From contig CM075992.1 in the NCBI GenBank assembly GCA_038087875.1, positions 7,316,001 through 7,380,000 of the forward strand: 64,000 nt of DNA, in the 5' to 3' direction. Below are positions 24,991 to 39,300 of this stretch, one piece after another. Under the pieces are notes generated by a model that saw nothing but the letters and a program-made list of their open reading frames with translations, was not told where the DNA came from and did not search any database. Position numbers and translations under genes: made by a program. The stretch's first letter is position 1; every line of letters begins with the position of its first letter. This DNA comes from Malacoraja senta (Eukaryota).

Positions 24991-26235
24991 CTTCGGTCAT
25001 GAAGCTCTTGGTAGATGTACCACAGACATAGATCGGGCGAGCAGCAGCCTAGTGCTGGGATTGATAGGAAAAAGCGCGATCGATCTGAGGTCTTCTGATC
25101 GCATCCACCCTCTAATCACTGTATCTGTCCAATGTTCAGTGCTTACATTAAGCTTTGCTCTTTTATCCTCACCTTACGGCTCAAAAGACTCAATACCCTC
25201 AATAACCTTTGCTGTGAAACCAAGATCCAATATTGCAGAATGAGGCAACGTATGCTCTGATGCTTCCGCTCCCTCACGTCGTCATCTCCGGCTATTTAGA
25301 ACCCAAGCTCTCCTGGGAAGTTCTATTCGCAATGCCCTTTCGTAACTGTATTCTCCAGCGTTCTCCTTTGAGCGATATATATACTTCTGTCCAGTTCCCG
25401 AAACCGCTGAAACTCGGAGCTCGCACTGACAACACGCGTTTCCGCTGTCATAAAACAAGTCTGTTTGATAGCGTATCCTCTCTATACACTCCTCGCACTT
25501 CCCTATAACTCCCCCCCTCGCCCTCCCCCTCCCCAACCCCTCCCTTCACCCCCCTTCCCCCCACCCACGCCTCCATCGCTTACGATCCCCGTAACATGTC
25601 ACCTCGTTTGTGCCACTTCAAATGAAAGCTTTGCCCGTAGTTCGACTGCTTCTACTGCGCTTGTGTGGGTCAAACCGCTGTTCCCAGCAGAGAATGACGT
25701 TGATAACACAAGACAAACATAGCATCCCCGAAATAAATCTCTTGCCTTTAATTATTACCACGTCCGCAAATCCTCTCCACCCAATATCACCCTCTTCCTT
25801 CCACCGACCACATGCCTACTTTCTTCCCAATCNNNNNNNNNNNNNNNNNNNNNNNNNNNNNNNNNNNNNNNNNNNNNNNNNNNNNNNNNNNNNNNNNNNN
25901 NNNNNNNNNNNNNNNNNNNNNNNNNNNNNNNNNNNNNNNNNNNNNNNNNNNNNNNNNNNNNNNNNNNNNNNNNNNNNNNNNNNNNNNNNNNNNNNNNNNN
26001 NNNNNNNNNNNNNNNNNNNNNNNNNNNNNNNNAACTCTCTGTGAGAAAAAGTGTTTCCTCGTCTCCATTCTAAATGGCTTACTCCTTATTCTCAAACTGT
26101 GGCCCCTGGTTCTGGACTCCCCCAACATCGGGAACATGTTTCCTGCCTCTAATGTGTCCAAACCTTTAATAATTCCTTATCTCCAGAGATGCTGCCTGTC
26201 CCGCTGAGTTACTCCAGCATTTTGTGTCTATCTTC

Positions 26236-26961
26236 TAGTTTAGTTAAGTAAATTTAGTTTAGTTTAGTTTAGTTTAGTTTAGAGATACAGCATAGAAACA
26301 GATCCTTCGACCCTGCAAGTCCACACTGACCACCAATCATACTTACACGAGTTCTATCCCACACACTAGAGACAATTTACACAAGCCAATTAATCTACAA
26401 ACCTGCAAATCTTTGGAATGTGGGAGGAAACCGGGGCACCCGGAGCAAACCTATGCGGTCACAGGGAGAACGTACAAACTCTGTACAGGCAGCACCTGTA
26501 GTTAGGATCAAACTCAGGTCTCTGGTGCTGTAAGGCAGCAGCTCTATTGCTGTGCCACAGTGCTGCTCTGTGCTGTGAATGAACATAAAACTCTTGACTT
26601 CTGGATCAGGTGTATCAACGCTAACTGGACCATGATTGACCATGGAGAGTTGGCAGGGTGCCATGGTGGCGTGGCGGTAGAGCTACTGCCTTACAGCGCC
26701 AGAGACCCGGGTTCGATCCTGACTATGGGTGCTTCTGTACGGAGTTTGTATGTACTCCCCATGATCTGCGTGGGTTTTCTCCGAGATCTCTAGTATCCTC
26801 TCACACTCCACAGACGTAGGTTAATTGTCTTGGTGTAAATGTAAAATTATTCCTAGTGTGTGTAGGATAGTGTTAATGTGTGGGAATCGCTGGTCGGTGT
26901 GGACTCGGTGGGCCAAAGTGGACCTGTTTCTTCACTGTATCTCTAAACTACACTAAACTAA
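26236..26961. mobile_element. Head-to-head pair of HE1/V-SINE-like SINEs (26236-26566 minus, 26657-26961 plus)
   Basis: Both have head, core and tail. Confidence 0.85.
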
Positions 26962-27229
26962 GAACTGAGGTCCTCCCACATCCCTTCTCTGAAGGAGATG
27001 AATCTCATGAGTTTAACAAACACCACGGTCGGGAAGCTGAACTCATCCACATGTGCAGGAAGGAACTGCAGATGCTGGATTAAACCGAAGATAGACACAA
27101 AAGCTGGAGTAACTCAGCGGGACAGGCAGCATCTCTGGAGAGAAGGAATGGGTGACGTTTCAGGTCGAGACCCAGCATCAGACGCATGTGCTCTCTTCCC
27201 AAAGGTGGATCGTTCTGCGGGCAGAAACC

Positions 27230-27320
27230 ATGGAGCTGGATGTCATCGGGGAGACCATCAGTGCATCGTGCCCTGATCAGCAGAGTGTGGAAGTGAAGGA
27301 GAGAAAGGAGAGCAGACCAG
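27230..27320 (+). CDS. Gene 3 cytoplasmic-tail exon (91 nt coding)
   Basis: ACCATGG Kozak; MELDVIGETISASCPDQQSVEVKERKESRP; CCAG|gtacac; upstream acceptor ctctcttcccaaag ends at 27204. Confidence 0.82.
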
Positions 27321-30300
27321 GTACACAGTGACAGCCAGCTCCTGGAATGGGATTAGGTTCCCTGAGAAGTCATTTGTTGAATAATTGACATCAGACTATA
27401 AACCTTCAGATCAATTACTGCAGTGAAAGCTCACTTTCTAATTGGATGCAAAGCTTTCTTGCCAAACAATCTCCCTTGTTGATTGATTGTAAGAAAAAGA
27501 GCCTTTGGCCCACTGAATCCAAGCCGAACATAGATAACCCGTTCACACTTGTTTTATGTTATCCCACTTTAGCATCCACTCCCTGCACACTAAGGCAGTT
27601 TACAGAGGGCCAATTCACTTATAACCCTGTAGAAATAAAAAGCTGCCGATGCTGGTTAATACACAGAAGGAGACAATGTGTTGGAGTAGCTCAGCAGGTC
27701 AGGCAGCATCTCTTGAGGACATGGATAGGTGAAATTTCAGGTCGAGACCCTTCGTCAGAATTCTTTTTCTGAAACGTCACCTATACATGTTCTCCAGAGA
27801 TGCTCCCTGACCTGCTGAGTTACTCCAGCATTTTGTGTCCTTTCGCCAAAAACCGATAGCCTGTAAATTACAACCCTGCATGTCTTTGTGATGTGGGAGG
27901 AAACTGAAGCACCCGCAGTAAACTCTCAGCTGGGAAAACGTGCAAACTCCGCACTGACAGCAGCCAAGATCACGATCGCACCCGGGTCTCTGGTGCTGTG
28001 AGGAGCAGTTCTACCAGCTGCGTCACTTCGTTTTTACAAAGACAGCACAGTTACACAATGAAAAAAGTGATGGTGTCAGAGGTTGTTCACATAACTCCAT
28101 TTTCCTGCTGGTGATTAACACAGAGTGAACGGGTTAACACAGAGTGAACAGAGTAATGGGGTCAGAAATCCTTCCAATTCCCTCTGTATAACTAGCAGTG
28201 ATACGCATGGTTAATCTGGTGAGACTGGCTTGAGTCTGTTTAGTGGGAGCTTGGTCCTGTTGTCAAAGCCCGACTAGATACAAAATCTATAACCTACTTC
28301 AGCAAGTCAAGTCATGTCAAGTCAAGAGAGTTTATTGTCATGTGTCCCAGATAGGACAATGAAATTCTTGCTTGCTGCAGCACAACAGAATATTGTAAGC
28401 ATAAATACAGATCAGTTCAGTGTGTCTATATACCATAGACCATATATATACACATAAATAAACTGATAAAGTGCAATAGGCTGTTATAGTTCAGAGTTTG
28501 TTTGATGGCGAGTTTAACAGCCTGATGGCTGTGGGGAAGTAGCTCTTCCTCAACCTGGATGTACCAGATTTCAGGCTCCTGTACCTTCTACCTGATGGCA
28601 GCGGAGAGATGAGTGCGTGGCCAGGATGGTGTGGGTCCTTGATGATGTTGGCAGCCTTTTTGAGGCAGCGACTGCGATAGATCCCTTCGATGATAGGGAG
28701 GTCAGAGCCGATGATGGACTGGGCAGTGGTCACAACTTTCTGCATTCTTTTCCGCTACTGGACGCTCAAGTTGCCGAACCAAGCCACGATGCAACCAGTC
28801 AGCACGCTCTCTAATGTGTACCTGTAGAAGTTCGAGAGAGTCCTCTTTGACATACCGACTCTCCGAAATCTTCTCAGGAGGTAGAGGCGCTGATGTGCTT
28901 TAGATTTAGCAGAAGATTTAGCTGGAACCTGAGGGACATCTTTTTCACACAGGATTGGCAGAATAAAATTATACGCAACTACCGCAACTTTCAACACCGA
29001 GCACGATTTCCAAACCACTTTCCTTGCTCCCTCCAGTCTTCATTTTGTCACTTTGCAGGTCGAAGATCAGAACCTGCCAGAGGATGCCGTCAGCCTTTTG
29101 TCATCTTTCTCTTGGGCCTCTCCATTCTGCTGTCTGCAGGCATTCTCGTCGCTGGAGTCTTCCTATGTAAGTACTGCGGCCTTCTGCGAAGGGAGGGAAC
29201 TGGCACAGGAATTTCTGGAGGACCATATGGAGATGGAGCTAGAGCTGGAGATGGTGATGGAGCTGGAGATGGAGCTGGTGATGGAGCTGGAGATGGAGCT
29301 AGAGCTAGAGCTGGAGATGGAGCTGGTGATGGAGCTGGAGATGGAGCTAGAGCTAGTGCTGGAGATGGAGCTGGTGATGGAGCTGGAGATGGAGCTAGAG
29401 CTAGAGCTGGAAATGGAGCTGGAGATGAAGATGGAGCTAGAGCTAGAGCTGGAGATGGAGCTGGAGATGGAGCTGAAGCTAGAGCTAGAGCTAGCTCCTG
29501 ACTACGGGTGCTGTCTGTACGGAGTTTGTACATTCTCCCTGTGACCACATGAGGTATTTCCTCTCAAACTCCAAAGATGGCCAGATTTGCAGATCGATTG
29601 TCGTCTGTAAAATTGTGAATTCTCCCTAGTGTATAGGATAGTGCTAGTGTACGGGGTGATCGCTGGTGGTGCGGACTCGATGGGCCGGAGGGCCTGTTTC
29701 CGAGCTGTATCTCTAAAGTCCAAAAGTCGAAAGAAAGAAGAATGACTGAGGAAATATAGGAGAAAAGGAAATGTAGAGAGGCAAGAAAAGATGAAAGATC
29801 ATTGGAGGCACAAGAGAAAAAATGCAGCAGGAGGAACAAAGTCCTTCAGCATCTGTGGAGTGAAATGGACAGTTGATGTTTTGTGTCAGGATCCTTCTGC
29901 TGGACTGAAAGACTAGAGGGTAAGCAGCTAGTGACCAGTATAATGAAGTAGAGAGAGGGGTGGGTTAAAGAGAGCAGGTAATAGGTGGATACAAAATGCT
30001 GGAGTAACTCAGTGGGACAGGCAGCATATCTGGAGAGAAGGAATGGGTGCCGTTTTGGGTCGAGACCCTTCTTCAGACTCGACCCGAAACATCACCAATT
30101 CCTTCTCTCCAGAGGTGCTGCCTGTCCCGCAGAGCTAAACCAGCATTTTGTGTCTACCGTCGATGTAAACCAGCATCTGCAGTCCTTTCCTACACATGTA
30201 ATAGGTGGATATAGAGCACAGAAGAATACGGCACAGCGATAGGCCCTTCAGCCCACAACGTCCATGGTGAACATGTTGTCAAGCTAATCTAAGTTAAACT

Positions 30301-33300
30301 TCTGCTGCACGTGATCCATATTCCTACATTCCCCGCATGTCCATGTGCCTATCCAAAAGCCTCTGAAATGCCACTGTTCAATGGTTGAATGATTCAATGA
30401 TTCAATGATACTCCATTGTCACATGTACCTGGGTACAGAGAAATTCTTTGCTTTTGCACGCAATACACAACGTGCACAAAATGGTCGCCACATTTCCGGT
30501 GCCAACAAAGTTACACAAGTACTGGTTACAGTGCTTGGATCTGCCGCCACCACCACCACCCCTGGTGATAAGGGGTTGATCCTGGCCGCTCTGTGCCACA
30601 GGATGGGGCTTAGATCTGGGATTTGCCAGCCAGTGCGAACACCAGGTCTCAGCCAGACATGGGGCTTTAGTGATCACCTTGAGGTCAGCAAAAGGGTTAA
30701 CTGGAAACAGGAACAATATCAAACCGTGTGAAAATGACCCTGTGTCAAACCGCCAACCCCCTCCAAAAAATGTCCAAATATTTTCCCCTCCATCCCTGTC
30801 TCCTTCACCATATTCCTTGCTCCCACCTTTCCTCATCACTTTTCCCCATTGTTTCGTTTCACATCTTTCTTTCCTTCTGTCCCTCCTTTATTTCCCCATT
30901 CCCACTATCCTCCATCCACTCTACCTCTCTTATCTCCACTCTTCCCTCATCCACTTTCCATTCCCCTCTCTGCACTGAACCTCCTCTGATTTCTCATTCA
31001 GTCTGAGGAAGGGTCTCGACCCGAAACGTCACCTGTCCATGTTCTCTAGAGATGTTGTCTGACCTGCTGATCTACTCCAGCACTTTGTGCCTTTTTCCCT
31101 GTGCCTCGTTCCATCGCCCCTCTCATCGCCTCCCATTCTCCTCCCACCCCGTGCCCTCTCTCTACATCCTCCAACTCTGCTCTACATCCTCTCTTTACCT
31201 TCCTCACCTCTTCTCTTTCTCTTTCCCCATGTTCCTCTCCTACCTCTCCCCTACTCTCGCCACCCCTTCCCCTTTCCCTCCCCGTCTCTCCCTCCGCCCT
31301 CTTCTCTCCTCTCTCCATTACCAGTGCTGCTTTATCTCGGAGTGTAACCTGACCGATTGTTTCTTGTCAGTTGGACGGAGATAAAATCTGAGTCTCTGGA
31401 GTTGATTACACCGGTTCCACTGCTGTGAACTCTAAATCTATTTTCCATTTCAGTTACACAAATGTTCAGTGAAATAAGAAACGCTCAAGTGGAACTGTCC
31501 CAGCTCAAGAACAACAGTAAGTGTTGAGCGACTGCAAAGGGGTTCTGTGTGGCAGCCTCACACTCAATCCTCAAAGCCATAGGGCATCAAGCTTTTCCAA
31601 GATGCAGATGGGACAGGAGATGTCCCTTTATCATGAGTTCCTGCAGGTGGAACGGGTTGGATATTTTTAAGGCAGAGATGGAGAGATTCTTGATCAGTAC
31701 GGGTGTTAGGGGACAGGGGGAGAAGGCAGGAGAATGGGGTTGAGAGGGAAAGATAGATCAGCCATGATTGAATAGCAGAGTAGACTAGATGGGCCGAATG
31801 GCCTAATTCTGCTCCTGTCACTTATGAACTTACGAACATGGTGACACAGCGGCGCATCAGGTAGAGCTGCTGCCTCACAGCGACACAAACCCGAGTTCAA
31901 TCCTGACCTCGGGTGCTATCTGTGCGGAGTTTGCACGTTCTCCCTGCAAGCATGTGGGTTAGCTCCACTGCTTGGGTTTCTTCCCACATTACAAAGGTTT
32001 GTGGGTTAATTGGCCTCTGTAAGATTACCCCGAGTGTGGAGGGTTGATGAGTAAATGGGATAATATAAAGTGACTGGGTGATCAGTGGTCAGCATGGACT
32101 CAGTGGGCCGAAGGGCCCGCTTCAAAGCTGCATCTGTAAACTGAAGTTAACTGAGCGTGAGGGGGGGGGGGTGTCAAACACAGTCACTGTGTAAAGGGAA
32201 GAGCAGGGTATTAGCTGCATTACCTCAGGCCAATGCACTACAGAGCTGCAACTCCAAGCATCCACCCTGCAGAACATAGAACAGCTCAACAAAGGAACAG
32301 GCCCTTCAGCCCACAATGTCCATGCCGACCATAATGCCAGATTAAATCAATTGATTCTGCCTGTACATGATCCATATCCCTCCGTTCCCTGCATATCTAT
32401 GTTCCTATCTAAAATCCTCTTCAATATCTGTTAAAATTGTTTAATTTGGCATCATATCTGCCTCCACCACTACCCCTGGCCCCCACCATCCTCTGTGCAA
32501 AGAACTTGCCCTGCACATCTACATCAAATTGTTCACCCTCTCATATTATAGATGTGGCCCCTACTGTTGGACATTTCCATCCTGGGAAAAGGATTCTGAC
32601 TGTCTACCCTATCTATGCCTCTCAGAATTTTACATAATTCTATGAAGTCTCCCTTCAACATCTGACCTTCCAGAGAAATCAATCTAACCTCTCCCTGTAA
32701 CAGAAACCCTTTGATCCAGAAGGCATTCAGGTAAACATCATCTTCACCCTCTGAAGAAGGGTCTCGACCCGAAACGTCGCCTATTTTCTTCGCTCCATAG
32801 ATGCTGCCTCACCCGCTGAGTTTCTCCAGCATTTTTGTCTACCTTCACCCTCTGTAAAGCCTCTTCATTATCATTGCCAATGGTTCCCATTCAAAATTCT
32901 CGTTCACGTGGTCTTGAGATCCAAAGTAGAACACATCAGAAGGGAACCCATGCACTTAGAGGAAGATTATGGCCATCACCCTGATTTTCCTATTTGAAGT
33001 TCTTTTTGCAAGTATGTTCAGAGACTTTCCACACCCAAACAAGATATTGTACTTTGCAGAGGTTTTGCCTGCTTCTCTCCAATCAACACATTCTGATTTA
33101 ATTTCTTCCTTGTTGCTTCATCATCACTGGGTCCAAAACCTGGTACAACGGGGCAGCACGGTGGTGCAGTGGTAGAGTTGATGCCTCTTAGCGCCAGAGA
33201 CCCGGGTTCGATCCTGACTACGGGTGCTGTCTGTACAAAGTTTGTACGTTTTACCCGTGACGTGCTTGGGTTTTCTCCAGGATCTCTGATTTCCTACCAC

Positions 33301-36300
33301 ATTCCAAAGACGTACAGGTTCGTAGGATACTTGGCTTGGTATAAATGTGAATTATCCCTAGTGTGCGTAGGATACTGTATGTGTGTGGGGATCACTGGTC
33401 TGCACGGACTCGGTGGGCCGAAGGGCCTGTTTCCGAGCTGCATCTCTAAACTAAGCTAAACTAAGCCTGGCCCAATAGCATTATGGAAACATCTTCCCCA
33501 CATGACCTCCAGTGGTTGAAGAAGATGGCTCAATATAACCTCCGTCAGGTCAGTTCGGAGTGGGTAATAGATGGTGGTAAGGTCCCCAAGGGAAGGGAAT
33601 GAAATAATCCTGGAATAAGTGGCCCATGCAGGGAATATCCCTGTGGTGAATTGGGTGGCGTTCGCCTGTGCAAGTCAGGGGTCTGTTTGGGGCGATGTTA
33701 GTCATGGAGTAATAGATTTGTACTGTATTGAAATAGGCCCTTCTGCCCATCACATCCATGCTGACCTTTTTGCCCATTTACACAAATGCCTGTATTAAGA
33801 CTACAGCTTTTTATGCCTTGCCTTATTCACCTATTCAAGTACTTGTCTAAATGCCTCTGGTTGAATCTGATCCCAACCCTTTCTCTGGCAGTGCATTCCA
33901 GATATTGAACACTCTCCGTGTATTCAATAGAGAGTTAGATTTAGCTCTTAGGGCTAATGGTATCAAGAGATATGGGGAGAAAGCAGGAACGGGGTACTGA
34001 TATTGGATGATCAGCCATGATCATATTGAGTGGCAGTGCTGGCTTGAAGGGCCGAATGGCCTACTCCTGCACCTATTGTCTATATTTCTATATATAAAAC
34101 CTTCCCCTCAGATCCTCTTTAAAACTCCTCCCCCTCACCTTCAATGTATCCCTTGTTTTTGATACCCAAACTATGGGAAAATAGATTCTAACTATCTACC
34201 CTATCTATGCCTCTCATTATTTTATGTACCTTTATCAGACAGCAGCTATCAATAATTAGTTCCTCTTTATGTTCCAGTATTGCAGATGTTCACCGAAATA
34301 AGAAGCTCAAACTCCAACTTTGTACTAGAACGCTCACAGATAAAAGACAAAGGTAAGTGTTGAATTCTGAAACAGTTAAAGTCAATCCTCATATAATTGA
34401 TGTGGGCTGTTGCCTTCCCTTCTAAATTATGAATGTTTGCGTCACTGCAGAACTAAAATGAATGTATTATCATTATATTAGATCCAGTCTCTTTGCTTGC
34501 ATTTTCTGCAAAACTTTACAATCCCTCTTTTACTGTGCCCTTACGGTAGCTTCTCAAAGGACAGTCATGTTGGATTTAATCAGGTATCATTTGAACTCTA
34601 CTGTATGGGCGGCAGGATGGCACAGCGGTAGAGTTGCTGCCTCACAGCACCAGAGACTCAGGTTCGATCCTGACTATGGGTGCGGTCTGTACGTTCTCTC
34701 CGTGATCTAATTTCAAGTAACCCTTGCATTCCCTCTCTCTCCATCACTTCCCCACCCTAGTTGTCCTACCAGTTTCACTCTTTGTATCTTTTCGTTATCA
34801 CCTCCTCCACAGCCAACAATGGACCATTGTGGGCTCTTTGGCTGTCTGTGACGTCTCTGATTTGTCCTGTACCTTTTCATAACTCTAATTACCCTCTCCC
34901 CTGACTCTCAGTCCGAAGAAGAGTCTCGACCAGAAACATCGCCTATTCCTTCTCTCCAGAGATGCTGCCTGACCCGCTGAGCTACTCTAGCATTTTGTGT
35001 CTATCTTCAGGGTATTTGTTCTATGGGCAATCCGTTCACTTTGGAACAGAGAAATCCTGAGAGAAACTGGTAAAGGGAGCTAGATAAACAACTGAAAGGA
35101 AAGACTTCATACTCAATGGGCAGTTGGTGGATGTTGAGATGACCCAACTTGATTTTACCCAGGTAGACAAAAATGCTGGGGAAACTCAGCGGGTGAGGCA
35201 GCATCTATGAAGCGAAGGAATAGGTGACGTTTCGGGTCGAGACCCTTCTTCAGACCTAGTATAGACATGAAAGGCTGAGTGGCCTTCCTCTACGCTGTTG
35301 TCATTCTGTAATTCCTCTGGGACATCTCCCCTGGTCCTTACCCAAGTGAGAACTTACATATTTTTCCTTTTCTAGCCTGGGACCCATCTGTTTGACCCAG
35401 ACCTCACTTTAGTAGAAGTAAATTTAACTTTAAACGGTTCAGCCTCAAATTTTAAATACATTTCAGTTCCAAATGTGTCTATCCTGAGGGTGATTACAAA
35501 AGCTCTGTTTTTATTTCAGTTTTGCAGATGTTCGGTGAAATAAGCACTTCCCAGGCCGGTTTTACCATCGAGCTTTCAAAGCTACAGAGCACCAGTAAGT
35601 GTGGTAATGGTATTGGTTCATGGTTGTCTCGTGTAGTGAGATACGGTGAAAAGCTACAAAATTGTACCATATCAAGCCAGACACAAGTACAACAGGTGTT
35701 GCAAAGAAAGAAATACCAGAGCAGCATATGGTGTTCCAGCTACAGAGAAAGTGTAGGGTCTACAATGAGGTTGGTTGGAAGATCGGAATTACACCTTAGC
35801 CCATGGGAGGAAAGTTCAGTAGTCTGGTAACAACGGGGAAGTCCAAATCTGGTCGCAATGGAAGCTTTTAAGCTTTTGTATCTACTGCCTGAGGGGAGAG
35901 GGGAGAAGAGGGAATGACTGGGGTGATAGTGGAGTCAGGGGATATGGGGAGAAGGGAGTAATGGGGTACTGATTGTGGATGATCAGCTATGATCACAGTG
36001 AATGGCGGTGCTGGCTCAAAGGGCCGAATGGCCTACTCCTGCACCTATGGTCTATTGTATATTGACATTATGGGAACATAGATGCAGTCCCTGTATCTTT
36101 GTTGCTCTAGACAAGCAGCGGAAATAGCCATCACAGTGTGATGCAGCAGAGGCTCCCTATAATCCCACAGAGCAAATTGTCCAGATTGGGAGTCATGGAG
36201 GCACTAAAATGCAAGGTGTGCAAGAGGCCAAAGCCCACTCCTGGATCTCCGCACAGAATGCAGGCTAACAGCACTGGGGTGCTGCCGAGGATTTGCTGCT

Positions 36301-39300
36301 AGTGGAACCCATAGAATCACAGACACATCGGAAGCATTTATTTGGTCATGACATGAGCCAAGTTGTTGTCAGAATAGGAGCAAAGTTGTGAGATTTTGTG
36401 TCCTCCCTCATCCCAAAGACGTGCGGGTTTGTAGGTTAATTGGCCACTGTATATGGGAGTGGATGGGAAAGTGGAATGACTAGTGTGAACGGGTGATCGA
36501 TGGTCAGCGTGGGCTCAGTGGGCCGAGGGGTTGTTTCCATGCTGTATCTTTAAACGAACATAAAGCCAAGTTTTTCTTTCTGAACTTTTAATTCCATTTC
36601 AGTCGTGCAGAGGTTTGGTGAAAAGAGACGGTCCCAGGATGATGACAAGATGGAAGTCTCAGAGATCAGGGATGTTGGTGAGTATTCCACATCATATCAA
36701 AGTCACATTTATATTGTGCCCTGGACTTCCTGTCCTCCCATCTTTCCGGGGAGAGCTCCATAGAACATTACATCCATTGCGGCTCGGGGGCGGGGAAATG
36801 CAGGAAAAACTCGGTAGGTCAGGCAGCATCTGTGGAAAGAGAGCAAGTCAAATTTTCAGGGCTGCAACAATTTGTTGGAGTTTGAGTTTAGTTTATTGTC
36901 ACGTGTACCGAGGTACAGTGAAAAGATTTTGTTGCGTGCCAACAAGTCAGCGGAAAGGCAATACATGATTACAATCGAGCCACCCACAGAGTACGGATAC
37001 ATGATGAAGGGAATAACATAAATAGAGGAGACTAAGAAGGGCATAGTTAAAGTAAGAAATGTTGCAGTCGGAGAAGAGATTTAAAGGAGTGGAGCGATTG
37101 TAATGCGTGATTGCAGATCAACTTTTGTGCCTTGCAGACAGAAGAGAATAGACAATAGACAATCGACAATAGATGCAGGAGTAGGCCATTCGGCCCTTCA
37201 AGCCAGCACCGCCATTCAATGTGATCATGGCTGATCATCCTCAATCAGTATCCCGTTCCTGCCTTCTCCCCATATCCCCTGACCACCTGGCTTGGGCACC
37301 ATCTTAGAGTCATAGAGTGTTACAGCGTGGAAACGGGCCCATCAGCCCAACTTGTCCACTCCGGCCAACATGTCCCATCTACACTAATCCCACCTGCCTG
37401 CATTTGGCCCATATCCCGCTAAACCTGTCCTATCCATGTACCTGTCTGGAGGTTTCTTAAACGTTGTCAGAACTTGGAAAGCAAGAGATGCAATTTAGTG
37501 TTCAGGAGGTGAAAAGAAGGTGGGAGGGATGTGTAGGACACAGGGAGAGGCTGTGATAGAATCAATCGACATGGCGTAATGGCAGCAGTTATCAGCACAT
37601 GAAGCTTCTTGTGTTGGATAATGCTTTGGTAATGGTGGCTGCTGGAGCTGCCCAGTCGAACAGTAATGAACAGAATGAAAAAACTAAGGCCAGCTGATAT
37701 ATAATGGAAAATTCTGGAAAAAATCCCAAATTAAGAATGTTCTTCACTTAATTACCTGGATAAATCCTCTCCCTATTCTGTTATCAAAGCTTTCTTCACT
37801 TTCAGTACATAATCTCAGAGTGTATTTTATAACCAGAGTGGCTGTTCTGAACATATTGTCTTCATAGTCATACAGCATAGAACCAGGCCCTTCTCCCCAA
37901 AGTCTACCAAAATACCCCAGCTAAGCTAGTCTCATTACCCCGTGTTTGACCCATATCCCTCTGAATCGTTCCAACACATGTACCTAACCGAATGTCTTTT
38001 AAATGTTGTTATTGTATCTGCTTCAAGCACGTCCTGAGGCAGCTGGTTCCATATATCCACCACGCTCTTCCCAGCATATTTTTGTAGGTGGCTTGTTGCA
38101 AGTCAGTGCAGCCCAAGGTTACCATCCCAGCTGTTGTTACAGCCAAATACTCTGACCTCCAGTCTACGTCAAATGACATTCCTTCACGGGCTTCAAGATG
38201 TGTCGGATCCTCTTGCCCAACAGCGACATCGTTCCAGTGAAGAAGGGTCTCGACCCTAAACGTCACCCATCCTTCTCTCCAGAGATGCTGCCTGTCCCGC
38301 TGAGTTACTCCAACTTTTCTATGTCTATCTCATCATATAGCATGTCCACCACCATGTAAACTGGTGTCAATGCCTTATTAATAATTATAATGGGGCGGCA
38401 CAGTGGCACAGCGGTAGAGTTGCAGCCTCACAGCGCCAGAGACCCGGATTCGATCCTGACTACAGATGCTGTCTGCGTGGAGTTTACACGTTCTACCTGC
38501 GACCGCATGGGTTTTCTCCGTGTGTGCCGGTTTCCTCCCACATTCCAAAGACGTGCCGGTTTGTAGGTTAATTGGCTTCTGTAAATTGTCCTGAGTGTGC
38601 AGGACAGTGTACGGGGTGATCGCTGGTCGGCCTGAACTCGATGGGCCGAAGGGCCTGTTTCCACACTGCATCTCTAAACTAATCATGACTCAATATGATG
38701 CAAACATTCCGGAGAAATGTGCAGGATACCTAGCTGGGGAGAACGTCCATTTCTGAGATCACAACTGAAGTCTTTGCCTTCTTCTCAGCAACACAGAGGT
38801 TCAGTCAAATCACCACCTCACAGGCTGATATCAAGACAATCTTATCACAGTTGAATGGTAAGGATGTGTCTGGTCTGAACCATCTATATATAACTCAAAT
38901 TTCTCTGTCATAAATGTCCAGAGGCTTAAACTTCATGTGTTTTCATGGCTGAATACAAAGCAACTGAGCAGTGGAATGGGGACAATCGATTAGCATAGGC
39001 TTCCCATTTGTTTCATCCTTCTATTGCCTCACCTGAACCAATCCTGGTCCACATAGCTGGTCCTGGCTCCAGGTTATGGGAGTGAAGGGGCACCAGTTGA
39101 ATTGGCTCCGAGCTCCTCTACTAAAGACCTTCATAAGTTCATAAGTGATAGGAGCAGAATTTGGCCATTCGGCCCATCAAGTGTATTCTACCATTCCATC
39201 ATGGCTGATCTATCTCTCCCTCCTAGCTCCATTCTCCTGCCTTCTCCCCATAACCCCTGACACCCGTACTAATCGAAGCAGGTAGGACGAGCCTGCAAGA

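Noticed and set aside
29053-29548. ORFs encoding (MELELE)n and (APSP)n
   Set aside because: Alternative-frame and antisense translations of the hexamer minisatellite.
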